NCBI GenBank assembly: GCA_965204165.1 | Contig: OZ241969.1 | Coordinates: 4,836,997-4,900,996, forward strand | Reading direction: 5' to 3' | From: Candidatus Poriferihabitaceae bacterium | GTDB taxonomy: Bacteria > Pseudomonadota > Gammaproteobacteria > Arenicellales > Poriferihabitantaceae | Length of the DNA stretch: 64,000 nt | Part shown: positions 9,952-20,156 of the stretch, piece after piece | How the letters are laid out: every line of letters begins with the position of its first letter | Position numbering within the stretch: position 1 is the first letter of the stretch | Position numbers and translations under genes: made by a program | The notes under the pieces: generated by a model | What the model was told of the DNA's origin: nothing | Seen by the model: only the letters and a program-made list of their open reading frames with translations | Databases searched by the model: none

Positions 9952-10890
9952 TCAGCACCGAAGCACCGGTATGCCGACGCTTTCTGCCTTGTCCGCCAGG
10001 TTCGCGGTGATGCCGGAGTCGCTCGGGAAGAGGATGATGCCCTTCGGCATCAGGTTCAGCAGCTCGTCGTTCCGGCGGAAGGGAGCGGCCTTCCCGTGGG
10101 TGTTCCAGTCGGGCCGGCAGACCACCTGGTGCACGCCGCGGGCCTCGGCCCAGCGGGCGGCGAACTTCTCGACGCCGGGCCCGCCGCCGTGGACCAGCAC
10201 CATGTCCGCGTACTTGCGGTGCGCGGCGTCCAGCTTGCGGAAGACCGCGTCCGGGTCGCCGTCCTTCCCGCCCGCGACGGCGATCAGGGTTCCGTCCGGG
10301 AGGTTCTCCTTCGCCGCGGCGCTGTCCCTCGCCCGGAGGAAGTCCCGGGCGTCGATGGCGGCGGAGGTGAGGACCCCGGTGCGGCTGGTGTGCGATCCGG
10401 AACGCGGGCGCCACATCTCCCCGGTCTGCGCCTGGTACTGCGCCGCCGCCGCGTCCCGCATCTCCTCGAAGGCGTCGCGCCTGCCGCCCAGGTTCTTCGC
10501 CCGGTCGGTGAGCAGCTCCAGCTCCCGCGACTTGATCTCGGTCCCGTCCTGTTCCTTCTGCAGGTCGCGGAGCTCCGGCGCGATCCGGTCGATGTTTCTG
10601 TCGAGCCGCCTGATCTGCGCGTCCAGCATGTTCACGAAACCCCAGAGGAGGGAGCCGGCCTCGTCGGCGATCTGGAACCCGGTGATGCCGATGGAGTCGG
10701 CGAGGACCGAGAACGCCTCGGCCACGGCGCCGATGGCGGTGTCCCGCTCCCAGACCTCCCTGGGATCGAACTCGCCGCGCTCGGGGGTCGCTCCGTGGAG
10801 CTTCGCCTGCTCGCAGATCATGGCGGTGATGGATTGATCTCCGGTGTCGATGCTGTCAAGGTTGTCGATGGTGTTGTCGATGTCTAACAT
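9952..10890 (-). CDS. DUF2493 (SLOG/YspA-like) domain protein, ICE/plasmid-associated
   Basis: C-terminal IAVAGGKD...LVHGGGPGVEKFAARWA...PDWNTHGKAAPFRRNDELL signature; ATG 10890 after GGAGA. Confidence 0.8.
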   Translation of the reverse strand: MLDIDNTIDNLDSIDTGDQSITAMICEQAKLHGATPERGEFDPREVWERDTAIGAVAEAFSVLADSIGITGFQIADEAGSLLWGFVNMLDAQIRRLDRNIDRIAPELRDLQKEQDGTEIKSRELELLTDRAKNLGGRRDAFEEMRDAAAAQYQAQTGEMWRPRSGSHTSRTGVLTSAAIDARDFLRARDSAAAKENLPDGTLIAVAGGKDGDPDAVFRKLDAAHRKYADMVLVHGGGPGVEKFAARWAEARGVHQVVCRPDWNTHGKAAPFRRNDELLNLMPKGIILFPSDSGITANLADKAESVGIPVLRC

Positions 10891-11059
10891 TGTGAATTCT
10901 CCGAATGAACAATAGGAAGTGAAGGGGCGAAGCCCCGCATGCGCTGGAAGGGAACTTCCTGCGTATTCATCCCTCATCGCCGCGCGCAGAGCCGCCACCG
11001 GGGCCCAGGGACATGGGTCGGCGTGCCGCGCGATGGTGCGGGCGTATATGGACGCCGCC

Positions 11060-11530
11060 GGGTTTGCAACCCCCCGGCTTCACGCTTTGGCAGTTTGACA
11101 AGTCGTCGAGCGCGGTCGTATATCAGGCCTCTGATTAAGCGGCATCACGATGTGCCGCGGGCCGGTATGGATATCAGCGGAACAGGTCCAGATCGCACTG
11201 TAGGCCTTTAGGCCGATGCCCGCACATGGTTTTCCTGTTCCCGGCTATTCGACTGTTTGCCCCTACTGCCTCTGCGCTCTTTCGAGTGGTTGCAACAACC
11301 CGGTCTCCCGGTTCCTCGTGGTTAACTCACGATCGCCGGAAAGCCGGGACGGTTCCGGAGTATTCCCCGGAATCGTTCAGGTGCCGGTCCGGCCTGCCTT
11401 GCAGACCGCAGCGGCGAAGTTCTTTTCCAGGGCCGGGGAGGCCTTTGCAGGCCCGTCCTGGCGCCGAACGCGGGACACCCTCGGCCATACGAGGTCGCCA
11501 ACCCATGTCTGAGTGTCTCCGGACACATTC
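11060..11530 (-). ncRNA. putative seekRNA/bridge RNA region
   Basis: IS1111-type downstream non-coding region; contains segments matching both insertion-site flanks (see findings). Confidence 0.7.
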
Positions 11531-12586
11531 TCACGCTCCCGCGGCCTGGATGCCGGCAGCCCGGACTACCGCGTCATGCCGATAGTCCTCCCCCTTCATC
11601 AGCAGCGCCCACATGATCCGTGCCATCTTGTTGGCCAGCACGATGGCGGCCTGGATCGTCGGCTTGCGTTCGAGCAGCCGCTTCAACCAGGGGTCCGGCT
11701 CCTTGCCCCAGCGGGTCGTTCGCTGGATCACGGTCATCGCGCCGGTGATCAGCAGTCGGCGCAGGTCCCGCTGACCCATCTTCGACAGCTCCCCGATCCT
11801 GGTCTTCCCCCCGGACGATTTCTGAAGGGGCACGAGACCGAGCCAGGCTGCGAAATCCCTGCCGCACCTGAAGTCCTCCATGTCCGGCGCAAAGGCCAGG
11901 AACGCCAGTCCCGTGATCGGGCCCACGCCCGGAATGGTCCGAAGACGTCGAATGGTTTCATCATCCCTGGCGGCCGCCCGGCCCTGGCGGTCCAGTTCGA
12001 CAATCCGGGCATCGAACGCGCGGATCTGCTTTACGAGCATGTCCGCCATCTCCCGGGCGAGGTCGGGAAGCCGGGAGTCTTCCCGGTCCTCCAGCACCGC
12101 CTCCAGGGTCTTGACGTTGGCCCGCCCCCTGGGCGCTACCAGGCCGTACTCCGCCAGCAGTCCCCGCAGGGAATTGATGGTCTGCGTACGCTGACGGACC
12201 ATGAGGTCCCGGACCCGGAACAGCATGGCCCGTGCCTGCTGGCCTTCGTCTTTTACCGAAACGACCCGCATCGTCGGGCGTGAGGCCGCCTCCGCGATGG
12301 CTTCCGCATCCGCCATGTCGTTCTTGTGCCGTTTGACGAACGGCTTCACATAGGCGGGCGGCAGAATATGAACCCGGTGGCCCAGCTGGCGGATCTCCCG
12401 TGCCCAGTGATGGGCCCCACCGCAGGCCTCCAACGCAACCAGGCAGGGGGGCTGCTTGCCCAGAAAGTACAGCAGCTTCCCCCGCGTGACCCGCTTGCGG
12501 AATGCCACCGAGCCATCCTTGTAGGCCCCGTGGAGCTGGAACAGGTTCTTTGCCAGGTCAATACCGATGATGCTAATCTTTTTCAT
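11531..12586 (-). CDS. IS110 family transposase/recombinase
   Basis: IGIDLAK, LEACGG, KNDMADA, IPGVGP, GLVPLQKSSGG motifs. Confidence 0.95.
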   Translation of the reverse strand: MKKISIIGIDLAKNLFQLHGAYKDGSVAFRKRVTRGKLLYFLGKQPPCLVALEACGGAHHWAREIRQLGHRVHILPPAYVKPFVKRHKNDMADAEAIAEAASRPTMRVVSVKDEGQQARAMLFRVRDLMVRQRTQTINSLRGLLAEYGLVAPRGRANVKTLEAVLEDREDSRLPDLAREMADMLVKQIRAFDARIVELDRQGRAAARDDETIRRLRTIPGVGPITGLAFLAFAPDMEDFRCGRDFAAWLGLVPLQKSSGGKTRIGELSKMGQRDLRRLLITGAMTVIQRTTRWGKEPDPWLKRLLERKPTIQAAIVLANKMARIMWALLMKGEDYRHDAVVRAAGIQAAGA

Positions 12587-13047
12587 GGATGTCGTCTCTC
12601 GTTGAAGGAGTGTTCAATGCCAGCCTGCTGGCACCTGCTTCACTATGAAGCAGTAGAGAGGCGGCGTCCATTCCATCGCAGTGACGACCGCAGGGAGGAA
12701 TGAGCCACGGTCGCGTGGCGCGCCGGCGCTAGGCGCGCCAGCGCCGTTGTCCCTGGAGGCGCGGCCGGAACGGAGCGGAGCGCAGTGGAGGACTCCCCCC
12801 TGGGAGTTGACGGAGAGAGCACGTGGACACACTGGGAATGTAGTAGGGAGTAGTACTGTCCCCCCAATGAGGTCGCGTCAGGCGTACAACGAGGAGAGCC
12901 GAGTGAAACGCCGTGGGTGCATGGACAGCACCAGCGACCGACAAGCCGCGCCGCAGGCGCTCATTGTGGGCAGGACGCCCACCGGGCGGTGGGTGTGTGA
13001 GGAAAGCGGCGGGAAGTGGACTTGCATGGCGGCGCTGGCCGTGACCA

Positions 13048-13281
13048 TCAGAATCGCCATCCCTGGAGCGGATGCGACTGGAGCCGCTTTGTGATGGTTT
13101 GGTGGACCTTGCTCCGGTCGTTCTGCCTGTACCAACCACGGCAGTCCTCGATCAACAAAATCAGGTAGAAGGGCTGGCCGGTCAGCGGATCCTCATGGCG
13201 ATACAGGTCGCCGACGGCCTCGCCGTCGTGACGGATGATGGCCTCGTCGTCGCCGGTTTTCTGGAAGGTGATTCGGGGCAC
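13048..13281 (-). CDS. small hypothetical protein
   Basis: 77-aa ORF with GGAG RBS and globular composition, in the leading-region gene cluster. Confidence 0.5.
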   Translation of the reverse strand: MPRITFQKTGDDEAIIRHDGEAVGDLYRHEDPLTGQPFYLILLIEDCRGWYRQNDRSKVHQTITKRLQSHPLQGWRF

Positions 13282-13424
13282 GGTTCACTCCGGTCGGTGT
13301 GCTGGTTGACATGACGCGCGAAGGCCCTCTCTCCGCCCCCGCGCGGTTCACCACCCGCCCCCCTGTCCATCAACTCCATCGCCATGCCGGCGGGCGCGGC
13401 GAAGCCGGCCGTCGCGGACGCTGC

Positions 13425-13459
13425 AAAAAAAAAGCCGCAGTCCCTGCGGGACTGCGGCT
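13425..13459 (-). terminator. intrinsic terminator after ssb
   Basis: 12-bp stem AGCCGCAGTCCC/GGGACTGCGGCT followed by a U-tract on the minus strand. Confidence 0.8.
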
Positions 13460-13484
13460 GGAGTGGAGGAGACGGAGAGGCGGC

Positions 13485-13937
13485 TCAGAACGGCAGATCC
13501 TCTTCGATCCCGTCGGCGTTCACCGGTGCGGAATCCTGTGCTGCGGCCGGGGCCTCGGCGGCCTGCGCCTGGGCGCCTCCGTCCGGCCTGGCGGGCCGGT
13601 CGAGGAACTGGATTCTGGAACCGGGCACGAGCATGATCTCCGTGGAGAACCGGTCGGCGTCCTCGCCGTCCTTGCGCCACCGGCGGGTCTGGAGCTTGCC
13701 GTCGACGTAGACCAGGCGGCCCTTCTTCGCGTGCTTCTCCAGCATGGTGATGAGGCCGTCCTGGAAGGTGACCAGGCGGTGCCACTCCGTGCGGTCGACC
13801 CGCTCCCCGTCCCGGATGTAGGACTCGTCGGTGGCGATGCTGAGGTTGGCGACGCGTCCGCCGGACGCGAGGTGGTTGACGGTGACGTCCTGTCCGATGC
13901 GGCCGATCAATGAGGCCTTGTTGAGTCCGAAAGGCAT
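13485..13937 (-). CDS. ssb: single-stranded DNA-binding protein
   Basis: NKASLIGRIGQD, TEWHRLV, KGRLVYVDGKLQTRRW and acidic tail EEDLPF; AGGAGG RBS. Confidence 0.95.
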   Translation of the reverse strand: MPFGLNKASLIGRIGQDVTVNHLASGGRVANLSIATDESYIRDGERVDRTEWHRLVTFQDGLITMLEKHAKKGRLVYVDGKLQTRRWRKDGEDADRFSTEIMLVPGSRIQFLDRPARPDGGAQAQAAEAPAAAQDSAPVNADGIEEDLPF

Positions 13938-14910
13938 ATGTACCTCCTGAGGTAACGTTGGTTGATGAAACGGAAAAAACGGATAAAACGGAAAAACGAT
14001 GGAACGAACCCCCGGGGGTCCGGGTTCTTCTTTCTCCCGGCCCCCCTTCGGTTCACCTTCTCCAGACCCCTCTTTCCCTCCGTCAGCCTTCGGGACGAAG
14101 GTCGAGGGCCGGCTCAGAGGAAACGTCGTCGAGGATCTCCCGGACAACCTGGCTGTCCAGGCCGATCTCGCCGAGCAGCTGGTCGGGGCTGGTGGGGATT
14201 TCGGATGCTTCGGGCATTTCGGAATTGCCCCCGATTTCGCGGATGTGCATGATGGTTCTCCCGTGTCGGGTTGATGGAAAGTTCGATGAACCCCGGGGAG
14301 GCGGCCGGAGCCGGGCTCCCTCCCACCTACCCGGGTTCACTCTTTCCGTCTCTGCCCTCCGACTCCGGAACGGGGCCTGGAAGGGCGGACAGGGGCGTGG
14401 GGACCAGGGTGGGGGCCGGGCCGGAAAAAGGCGGAAAAAAGCCCTGCGGGGCCGTCAGGGGCCGCTGCCGATGGATGCGGGTGGGTTTCCGTTCCGGCGC
14501 AGACCGGCGCCGGCTCCGTCCCCGGCGCATCGCGTGCGGCGAGCCGTGGTCCCGCCGGTTCCATGATCCCCGTCCGGCTGCCGCCCGGGACGGCTTGACC
14601 GTCTTCCGTGACAGCGGCGGTGTATACTGGCCCGGCACGCGCCCCCCGTCTCCTTACCGGGTGACATGCCGGCCGGCATCGCCCGACAGGGGGCGCGTGC
14701 TTCTTCCGGATTCTTCCGGGTTCTTCCGGGTTCTGCCGGACCGTTGATGATCATCCGCCGCCGCGGCCGACTCCACCGGGGCAGACGCGGGCGGGCCGGC
14801 AGCCGGCCGCCCGTGAAACAGGGGGCGGTGGCCCGGCGGTCACGGACATGGCCGTGCTGGATCACGGGCCGGCGGTACCCCGTCCGGCTACGGAGTGCGG
14901 TGGAGGGCAA

Positions 14911-15345
14911 TCACGCCCAGCCGACCGACCCCGCCAGCGGGTGGTTCTCGGCGACGACCTCGAAACGCCCCTGCCGGAGCCTGAGAAACGCGGCGCCGGC
15001 GTCCGCGTCGGCCCGGCTGTCGAAGGGCCCGTGCTCCTCCCCGGTGTCCAGGTCCACCACGGTGTATTCGGGCTCCCAGGCGGGCATCCCGCGGAAGTGG
15101 GCGGACCGGGTGTAGCTTCTCTCGGCACAGCTCGGACAGCGGGCCGCTCCCTGACTGGGCTGGCCACAATCGGTACAGACCATTTCCCGCCTTCTCCGCC
15201 AGTACCGTTTCCGGGACGCGGCGTTGCGCCGTTCGACCCGTCCGCTGCCGGCCTCCAGGGCATTGCAGGAAAGGCAGGTGGCGGTGCCGTCGAAGGCGGG
15301 GGCGTGTCCGCACCTCGTGCAGATGCCGGCGGCCCTGGAGTGGGT
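14911..15345 (-). pseudogene. multi-CxxC zinc-ribbon protein, 5'-truncated
   Basis: CTRC, CLSC, CTDC, CPSC motifs; no plausible start before the DUF5372 module boundary at ~15345. Confidence 0.5.
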
Positions 15346-15386
15346 TTTCAACTGCACGTCACCTGTGCATCGAGAAGCAGCGCTTT

Positions 15387-15695
15387 GTGGTGACGCACCC
15401 TTTTCACCCTCTTCACGGACGCGAGTTCGATCTGATCGAGACCACGTCGATGGTCGGGGTTGGACTGGTCCACTACACGGATGACGACGGCACGGTGCGC
15501 ACGATGCGTCAGGCATTCACAAGCGTCGCGGCGGTGGATCCGTTCGTGCGGGTGGCTGCGGGCCGGTCGGCGTTTCGCGTATCGGACCTGCTCGCGCTGT
15601 CGGCATTGCTGGCCGGCCTGGACGGGGATGCCTGCGACGGGAACGAGGGCGACGGCGATACGGACAGTGTCAAGGAGATTATGTCCCATGTGTAA
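15387..15695 (+). CDS. DUF5372 (y4bD-like) protein
   Basis: VTHPFHPLHGREF...DPFVRVAAGRSAFRVSDLLAL signature. Confidence 0.7.
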   Translation: MVTHPFHPLHGREFDLIETTSMVGVGLVHYTDDDGTVRTMRQAFTSVAAVDPFVRVAAGRSAFRVSDLLALSALLAGLDGDACDGNEGDGDTDSVKEIMSHV

Positions 15696-15877
15696 GAACG
15701 TTTTTGTCATACATGAGAAAGGAACGGAGCCTGGCGGGATGGGCCTGATAGAGAGAAACGGGAATATTCCTATATATATTCAGGGTTATTCGTACATTCA
15801 CAGGAGAAATCCTCTTGATTCGGCATTCATAATGTGCATAAATAGATTTACATTCATTTTTCAACGGACCCCACGCG

Positions 15878-16336
15878 ATGGCCAGACATTCCACCGATGC
15901 AAAGACCCGGGCCCTCAGGGAGCATGGCTGCCTGAACCCGAACGCGGAGGCGGTGCGGGACGAACTGTTCCTCTCCAACGCCTTCTTCGATCCGCGCGAC
16001 CTGCTCCAGGTCAAGTACGAGATGCTGCGCCGCGTGCGCGAGGACGGCGTGCCGGTGAGCCATGCCGCGGCCAGCTTCGGGGTCTCCCGGCCCACCTGGT
16101 ACCTCGCGCAGCGCGCCTACGATGCCGGCGGGCTGCCGGGACTGCTGCCGGACCGTCCGGGGCCCCGCCGGCCCCACAAGATCAGCGACGAGGTGGTCGA
16201 GGCGCTGCGGTCGGCGAAGAACGAACGGCCGGAGCTGACGGCCGCGGACCTGGTCGATCTCGTGCGCGCGCGCTTCGGCATCTCGGTCCATCGCCGCAGC
16301 ATCGACCGTGCCCTCGGGCGGGAAAAAAAACGATGA
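15878..16336 (+). CDS. helix-turn-helix protein (y4bC-like)
   Basis: FFDPRDLLQVKYEMLRRV, AAASFGVSRPTWY HTH, GPRRPHK. Confidence 0.8.
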   Translation: MARHSTDAKTRALREHGCLNPNAEAVRDELFLSNAFFDPRDLLQVKYEMLRRVREDGVPVSHAAASFGVSRPTWYLAQRAYDAGGLPGLLPDRPGPRRPHKISDEVVEALRSAKNERPELTAADLVDLVRARFGISVHRRSIDRALGREKKR

Positions 16337-16638
16337 AGGGCGGTCCGCGGAATACCGTGATCGACGCGGCGGAACACTCCGCCTACGGGCATGGCTACGA
16401 GCGGATGCGCCGCCATGCCGTCGAGCCCGGCGCCGTCCACGACCGCCACGGGCACGCCGTGGTGGCGCTGCGCGGCGTCGCGGCCTGGCTGCGGGCATTC
16501 GCCGAACTGCCCGTCCCGCCGGCGGCGGTCTGCGGGGGCGTCTCTGCGGCGACGCTGCCCGCCGATGTCGAAAGGCCGGTGATCGACGTTCTGCTCGAGA
16601 TGCTGAAGGGCCATATGCAGCAGGGGGAGCCGGCATGA
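16333..16638 (+). CDS. small accessory protein (y4bB-like)
   Basis: ATGA overlaps with both neighbouring genes; YERMRRHA motif. Confidence 0.6.
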   Translation: MKGGPRNTVIDAAEHSAYGHGYERMRRHAVEPGAVHDRHGHAVVALRGVAAWLRAFAELPVPPAAVCGGVSAATLPADVERPVIDVLLEMLKGHMQQGEPA

Positions 16639-17636
16639 ACACCGCCCACCAGAAGGTCACCGCGAGCCACCTGAGCCGCGATGCCTACCTGTACGTGCGC
16701 CAGTCCACCCTGCATCAGGTAAGCGAGCATGGCGAGAGCACTCGCCGCCAGTATGCGCTGCGGGAGCGGGCGGTGGCATTGGGCTGGCCGACCGAAAGCA
16801 TCGTCGTGATCGACAGCGATCTCGGCCTGTCCGGCGCCGACAGCGACCGCGAGGGGTTCAAGCGCCTGGTCGCCGAAGTCACCATGGGACGGGCCGGGAT
16901 CGTGCTCGGGCTGGAGGTGTCCAGGCTTGCGCGCAACTCCACCGACTGGCACCGGCTGCTGGAGATCTGCGCCATGAGCGAGACGCTGATCCTCGACGAG
17001 GACGGCGTGTACAGTCCCGGCGACTTCAACGACAGGCTCCTCCTCGGCCTCAAGGGGACCATGAGCGAAGCGGAACTCCACATGATGCGCGCCCGGCTCC
17101 GCGGGGGGACGCTGAACGCGGCCAAGCGGGGGGAATTGCGGATTCCGCTGCCGGTGGGGCTGGTCTACGACCCGCTGGGCCAGGTGGTGCTGGATCCGGA
17201 CCAGCAGGTGCAGCACAGCCTGCGGCTGCTGTTCGACACCTTCACCAGGACCGGCTCGGCCAATGCCACGGTGAAGCACTTCAACCGGGAGAATCTGCTG
17301 TTTCCACACCGTCCTCATGACGGCCCGCACAAGGGAGAGTTGCATTGGAAGCCGTTGCGGTTCGCACGGGTAGTTCGGACGCTGCACAACCCGCGATACG
17401 CCGGTGCTTTCGTCTACGGGCGAAGCCGCAGCCAGCGGCGTCCCGGCGGCGGCAGTGAGACCAGGAAGGTCCCGCGCGAGGAGTGGACCGTGCTGCTGCA
17501 CGATGCCCATCCGGGCTACATCACCTGGGAGCGGTTCGAGCAGAACGAGCGCCAGCTCCGGGAAAACGACTATGCCCATGCGGGCGGAGCGGGACGCCGC
17601 ACTCCCCCGCGGGAGCTCACAACTGCCCACAGTTGA
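16635..17636 (+). pseudogene. large serine recombinase (y4bA-like), truncated by the IS4 element at 17616
   Basis: YVRQST catalytic Ser motif, EVSRLAR, recombinase domain; frame runs into the IS IR and the C-terminal half is missing. Confidence 0.88.
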
Positions 17637-19946
17637 CTCAGTAAGCCTGACCCGGTACATTTCCGGGCATGCAGGTAGGTCTTCACCAGTTTGACGCCGG
17701 GACGGTGAGTTGGTTTTGCGATGCGGTTTCCGAAGCGGGCCGCACGCGGAGTTCGCTGGCCCGTGAGTTGTGCATCCGCGAGGACTGGACGGGGGACCGC
17801 GGCGAGTACTGTCTGGGCTCGGCGCGCAAGGCCCTTCCGGTTCTCGCGGACCGGCTGGGGGTTTCGTTGCCTCCGGCCCGTCCGGCATTCGGCGGACGCC
17901 GGGACGGGGCCCCGGATCCGGATTATCCCGACTGCCGGCTCCGGTGCGGTCTGGCGGAACTGGGCCAGGTGTTGCTGGAGCCGGTATCGGGGAAGGCGGA
18001 CCGCCGCCGCTGGGAGTCGATGATGGCGACGCATCACCCCCGGGGCTGGGCCCGTGCGCCGGGGGGCCAGATGCGCTACTGGGTATGTTCCGCGGTCCAT
18101 GGCCGTCTCGGGGGGATCGGATTCTGCGCCGCGGGCTGGCACCAGAAGGCCCGGGACGAGTTCATCGGCTGGTCGGCGGACGCGCGGGCGGCGAACCTGG
18201 GGAAGGTGGTCAACAACCATCGTTTCCTGATCCTGCCCGGGGTCCGGGTTCACGGTCTGGCCTCGTGCGCGCTGGACCTGGCGGCGCGGCGCGTGGCGGC
18301 GGACTGGGAGGCGGCGTACGGGGTCCGCCCGGCGATGGCCTACACGTATGTGGGTCCCGGCCATTGCGGAACCTGCTACCGGGCGGCGGACTGGCGGCGC
18401 TGCGCGAAGGCCACCACGGCGGGATGCACGGTGTGGATGAAGCCGCTGGCGGAACCCTGGCGTGTGGTATTGTGCGCCGAGCCGGGCCGGGCCATCCACA
18501 GGGCCCCGGCCCTGCACATGGACGGGGCCACGGACTGGGCCGGGCGGGAATACGCGCGCAGCACCCATCCCGACGGCCGGGTCCGGGAGAGGATCGTGTC
18601 CATGGGGCGGGCGTGGCTGGAGCATCCGGGCGCCGCGGTTCCGGAGATCTTCCCGGCGCGGGCGGACCGCAAGGCCGCCTACCGGCTGTTGTCGAACGAG
18701 GGTGTGACCATGAACCACATACTGGAGCCGCATCAGGCGACGATGGTGGAGCGCTGCGGGCTCGAGGAGACCGTCCTGGCGATCCAGGACACCACCACGG
18801 TGAATTACGACGGTCTGGCGGCGACCGGCGGGCTGGTGGACTTCGGCGGCGGCGGGAAAGGCCACACCCTGGGCCTGCTGGCGCATGTGGGACTGGCGGT
18901 CAACGGGGCCGGGCGGCCCCTTGGGGTGTTCTGCCTGGACGGGACCTATTGCGACGAAGGCAGGGACGAGGTGGCGAGCGCGCGCTGGGGGCACGGGCTG
19001 GACCGGGCGGGGGAACTCGCCCGCGCCTGTCCGTCCACGCGGGTGGTCACGGTGTGCGACCGGGAGGCGGACATCTGGGCGTTGTTCGCCCGGGCGGAAT
19101 CCCTGGGCGCGGGTCTGCTGGTGCGCGCGCGGCGGTCGACGAGACGCCGCGTGCTCGTGGAGGCGGGCGGCGAGGAGACCCTGTGGGACCATGTCGCCAC
19201 GCTGCCGAGGGTCGGTTCCCGAACGGTGAAGATCCGGGCCTGCGGCGGCAGGCGGGCGCGTTCCGGTCGCAAGGCGAAGATCGAACTGCGCGCCGGCAGG
19301 GTGAGGGTGCTTCCGCCGGTAAAGCCGGAGAACCGCGCCGGGCACGGGGGACCGATCGAGGTCCTGGCCGTCGTCGCGACCGAGAGGAGCCCGTCTCCGG
19401 GCAGCGAGCCCCTGCACTGGGTGCTGCTGAGCACCGAGGGCGCCGCGGACGCGGCGACCGCCCGGACCGTCGTTGGCTGGTACGAGCGCCGGTGGACCAT
19501 CGAGGAATACTTCCGGGTGCTGAAATCCGGCGCCCGGGTCGAGGACCACCGGTTCGACCACGCCGACGACCTCAGGAAGTGCCTCGCCTTCGACGCCATC
19601 ACCGCCTGCCATGTGTTCGATCTCGAGCGCATGGCCCGCGACAAGCCGGACGTCCCCGCCGACCGGGTCGTCTCCAAGGACGAAATCGCCATTCTCTACG
19701 TCCGGCTCATGGCCCATGGAATCCTCCGCGCACGCCCGCCGCCGGAGCGGCCCCCCGACATCCGTACGCTGGTGGTCGACATCGCCAGGCTCGCCGGATT
19801 CCATCCGCGCAACAGCCAGCCGCTGCCGGGCACCACCATGGTCTGGAAGGGGTATGTCCTGCTCCGTCAGGCCACTTCAACATACCGGGCGCTGAAAACT
19901 ATGGGAATGATCAAAACCGACTGAGTTGAATGTGGGGTGTTGTGAG
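17616..19946 (+). mobile_element. IS4-family element with DUF4338-fused transposase
   Basis: 26-bp imperfect IR CTCACAAC..CCCACA....ACTCAG at 17616-17641 and 19921-19946; no TSD. Confidence 0.85.
17669..19924 (+). CDS. IS4 (IS50/Tn5-like) transposase with N-terminal DUF4338 (DruA-like) domain
   Basis: N-terminal ARDEFIGW, VVNNHRFLILP, GTCYRAADW; DDE LAIQDTT, VCDREAD, YERRWTIEEYFRVLKSG. Confidence 0.88.
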   Translation: MQVGLHQFDAGTVSWFCDAVSEAGRTRSSLARELCIREDWTGDRGEYCLGSARKALPVLADRLGVSLPPARPAFGGRRDGAPDPDYPDCRLRCGLAELGQVLLEPVSGKADRRRWESMMATHHPRGWARAPGGQMRYWVCSAVHGRLGGIGFCAAGWHQKARDEFIGWSADARAANLGKVVNNHRFLILPGVRVHGLASCALDLAARRVAADWEAAYGVRPAMAYTYVGPGHCGTCYRAADWRRCAKATTAGCTVWMKPLAEPWRVVLCAEPGRAIHRAPALHMDGATDWAGREYARSTHPDGRVRERIVSMGRAWLEHPGAAVPEIFPARADRKAAYRLLSNEGVTMNHILEPHQATMVERCGLEETVLAIQDTTTVNYDGLAATGGLVDFGGGGKGHTLGLLAHVGLAVNGAGRPLGVFCLDGTYCDEGRDEVASARWGHGLDRAGELARACPSTRVVTVCDREADIWALFARAESLGAGLLVRARRSTRRRVLVEAGGEETLWDHVATLPRVGSRTVKIRACGGRRARSGRKAKIELRAGRVRVLPPVKPENRAGHGGPIEVLAVVATERSPSPGSEPLHWVLLSTEGAADAATARTVVGWYERRWTIEEYFRVLKSGARVEDHRFDHADDLRKCLAFDAITACHVFDLERMARDKPDVPADRVVSKDEIAILYVRLMAHGILRARPPPERPPDIRTLVVDIARLAGFHPRNSQPLPGTTMVWKGYVLLRQATSTYRALKTMGMIKTD

Positions 19947-20156
19947 CCCTCGGACTGGCCTCCCCAATCCTGGCGGAGGCCGAGCGACGGACCCCGATTC
20001 GTCCCCGAATCCGGATCGAAGGACAGGGCGGCCGAGAAACCCCGGTCCTCCAGGTCGTCGTCGTCGTGACTCACCAGCGCGCGGCCCGAGATGTCGAGAT
20101 CGATGCCGAGTTCCGGGTCATGCCATGAAACCCCGCCGCCGACCTCCACGCCGGAT
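19947..20156 (-). pseudogene. fragment of an autotransporter-like beta-barrel gene
   Basis: GVEVGGGVSWHDPELGIDLDISGRALVSH...FDPDSGTNRGPSLGLRQDWGG resembles the barrels of the two adhesins. Confidence 0.65.

Larger units (their letters stand above)
11045..12676 (-). mobile_element. IS110-family element, IS1111 group (copy B)
   Basis: 12-bp subterminal IR ATGGACGCCGCC (11048-11059 and 12660-12671); long downstream non-coding end. Confidence 0.88.

Noticed and set aside
17669-19924. Druantia defence system
   Set aside because: Only a DruA-like domain fused to transposases; no DruE helicase or other dru genes are in the window.
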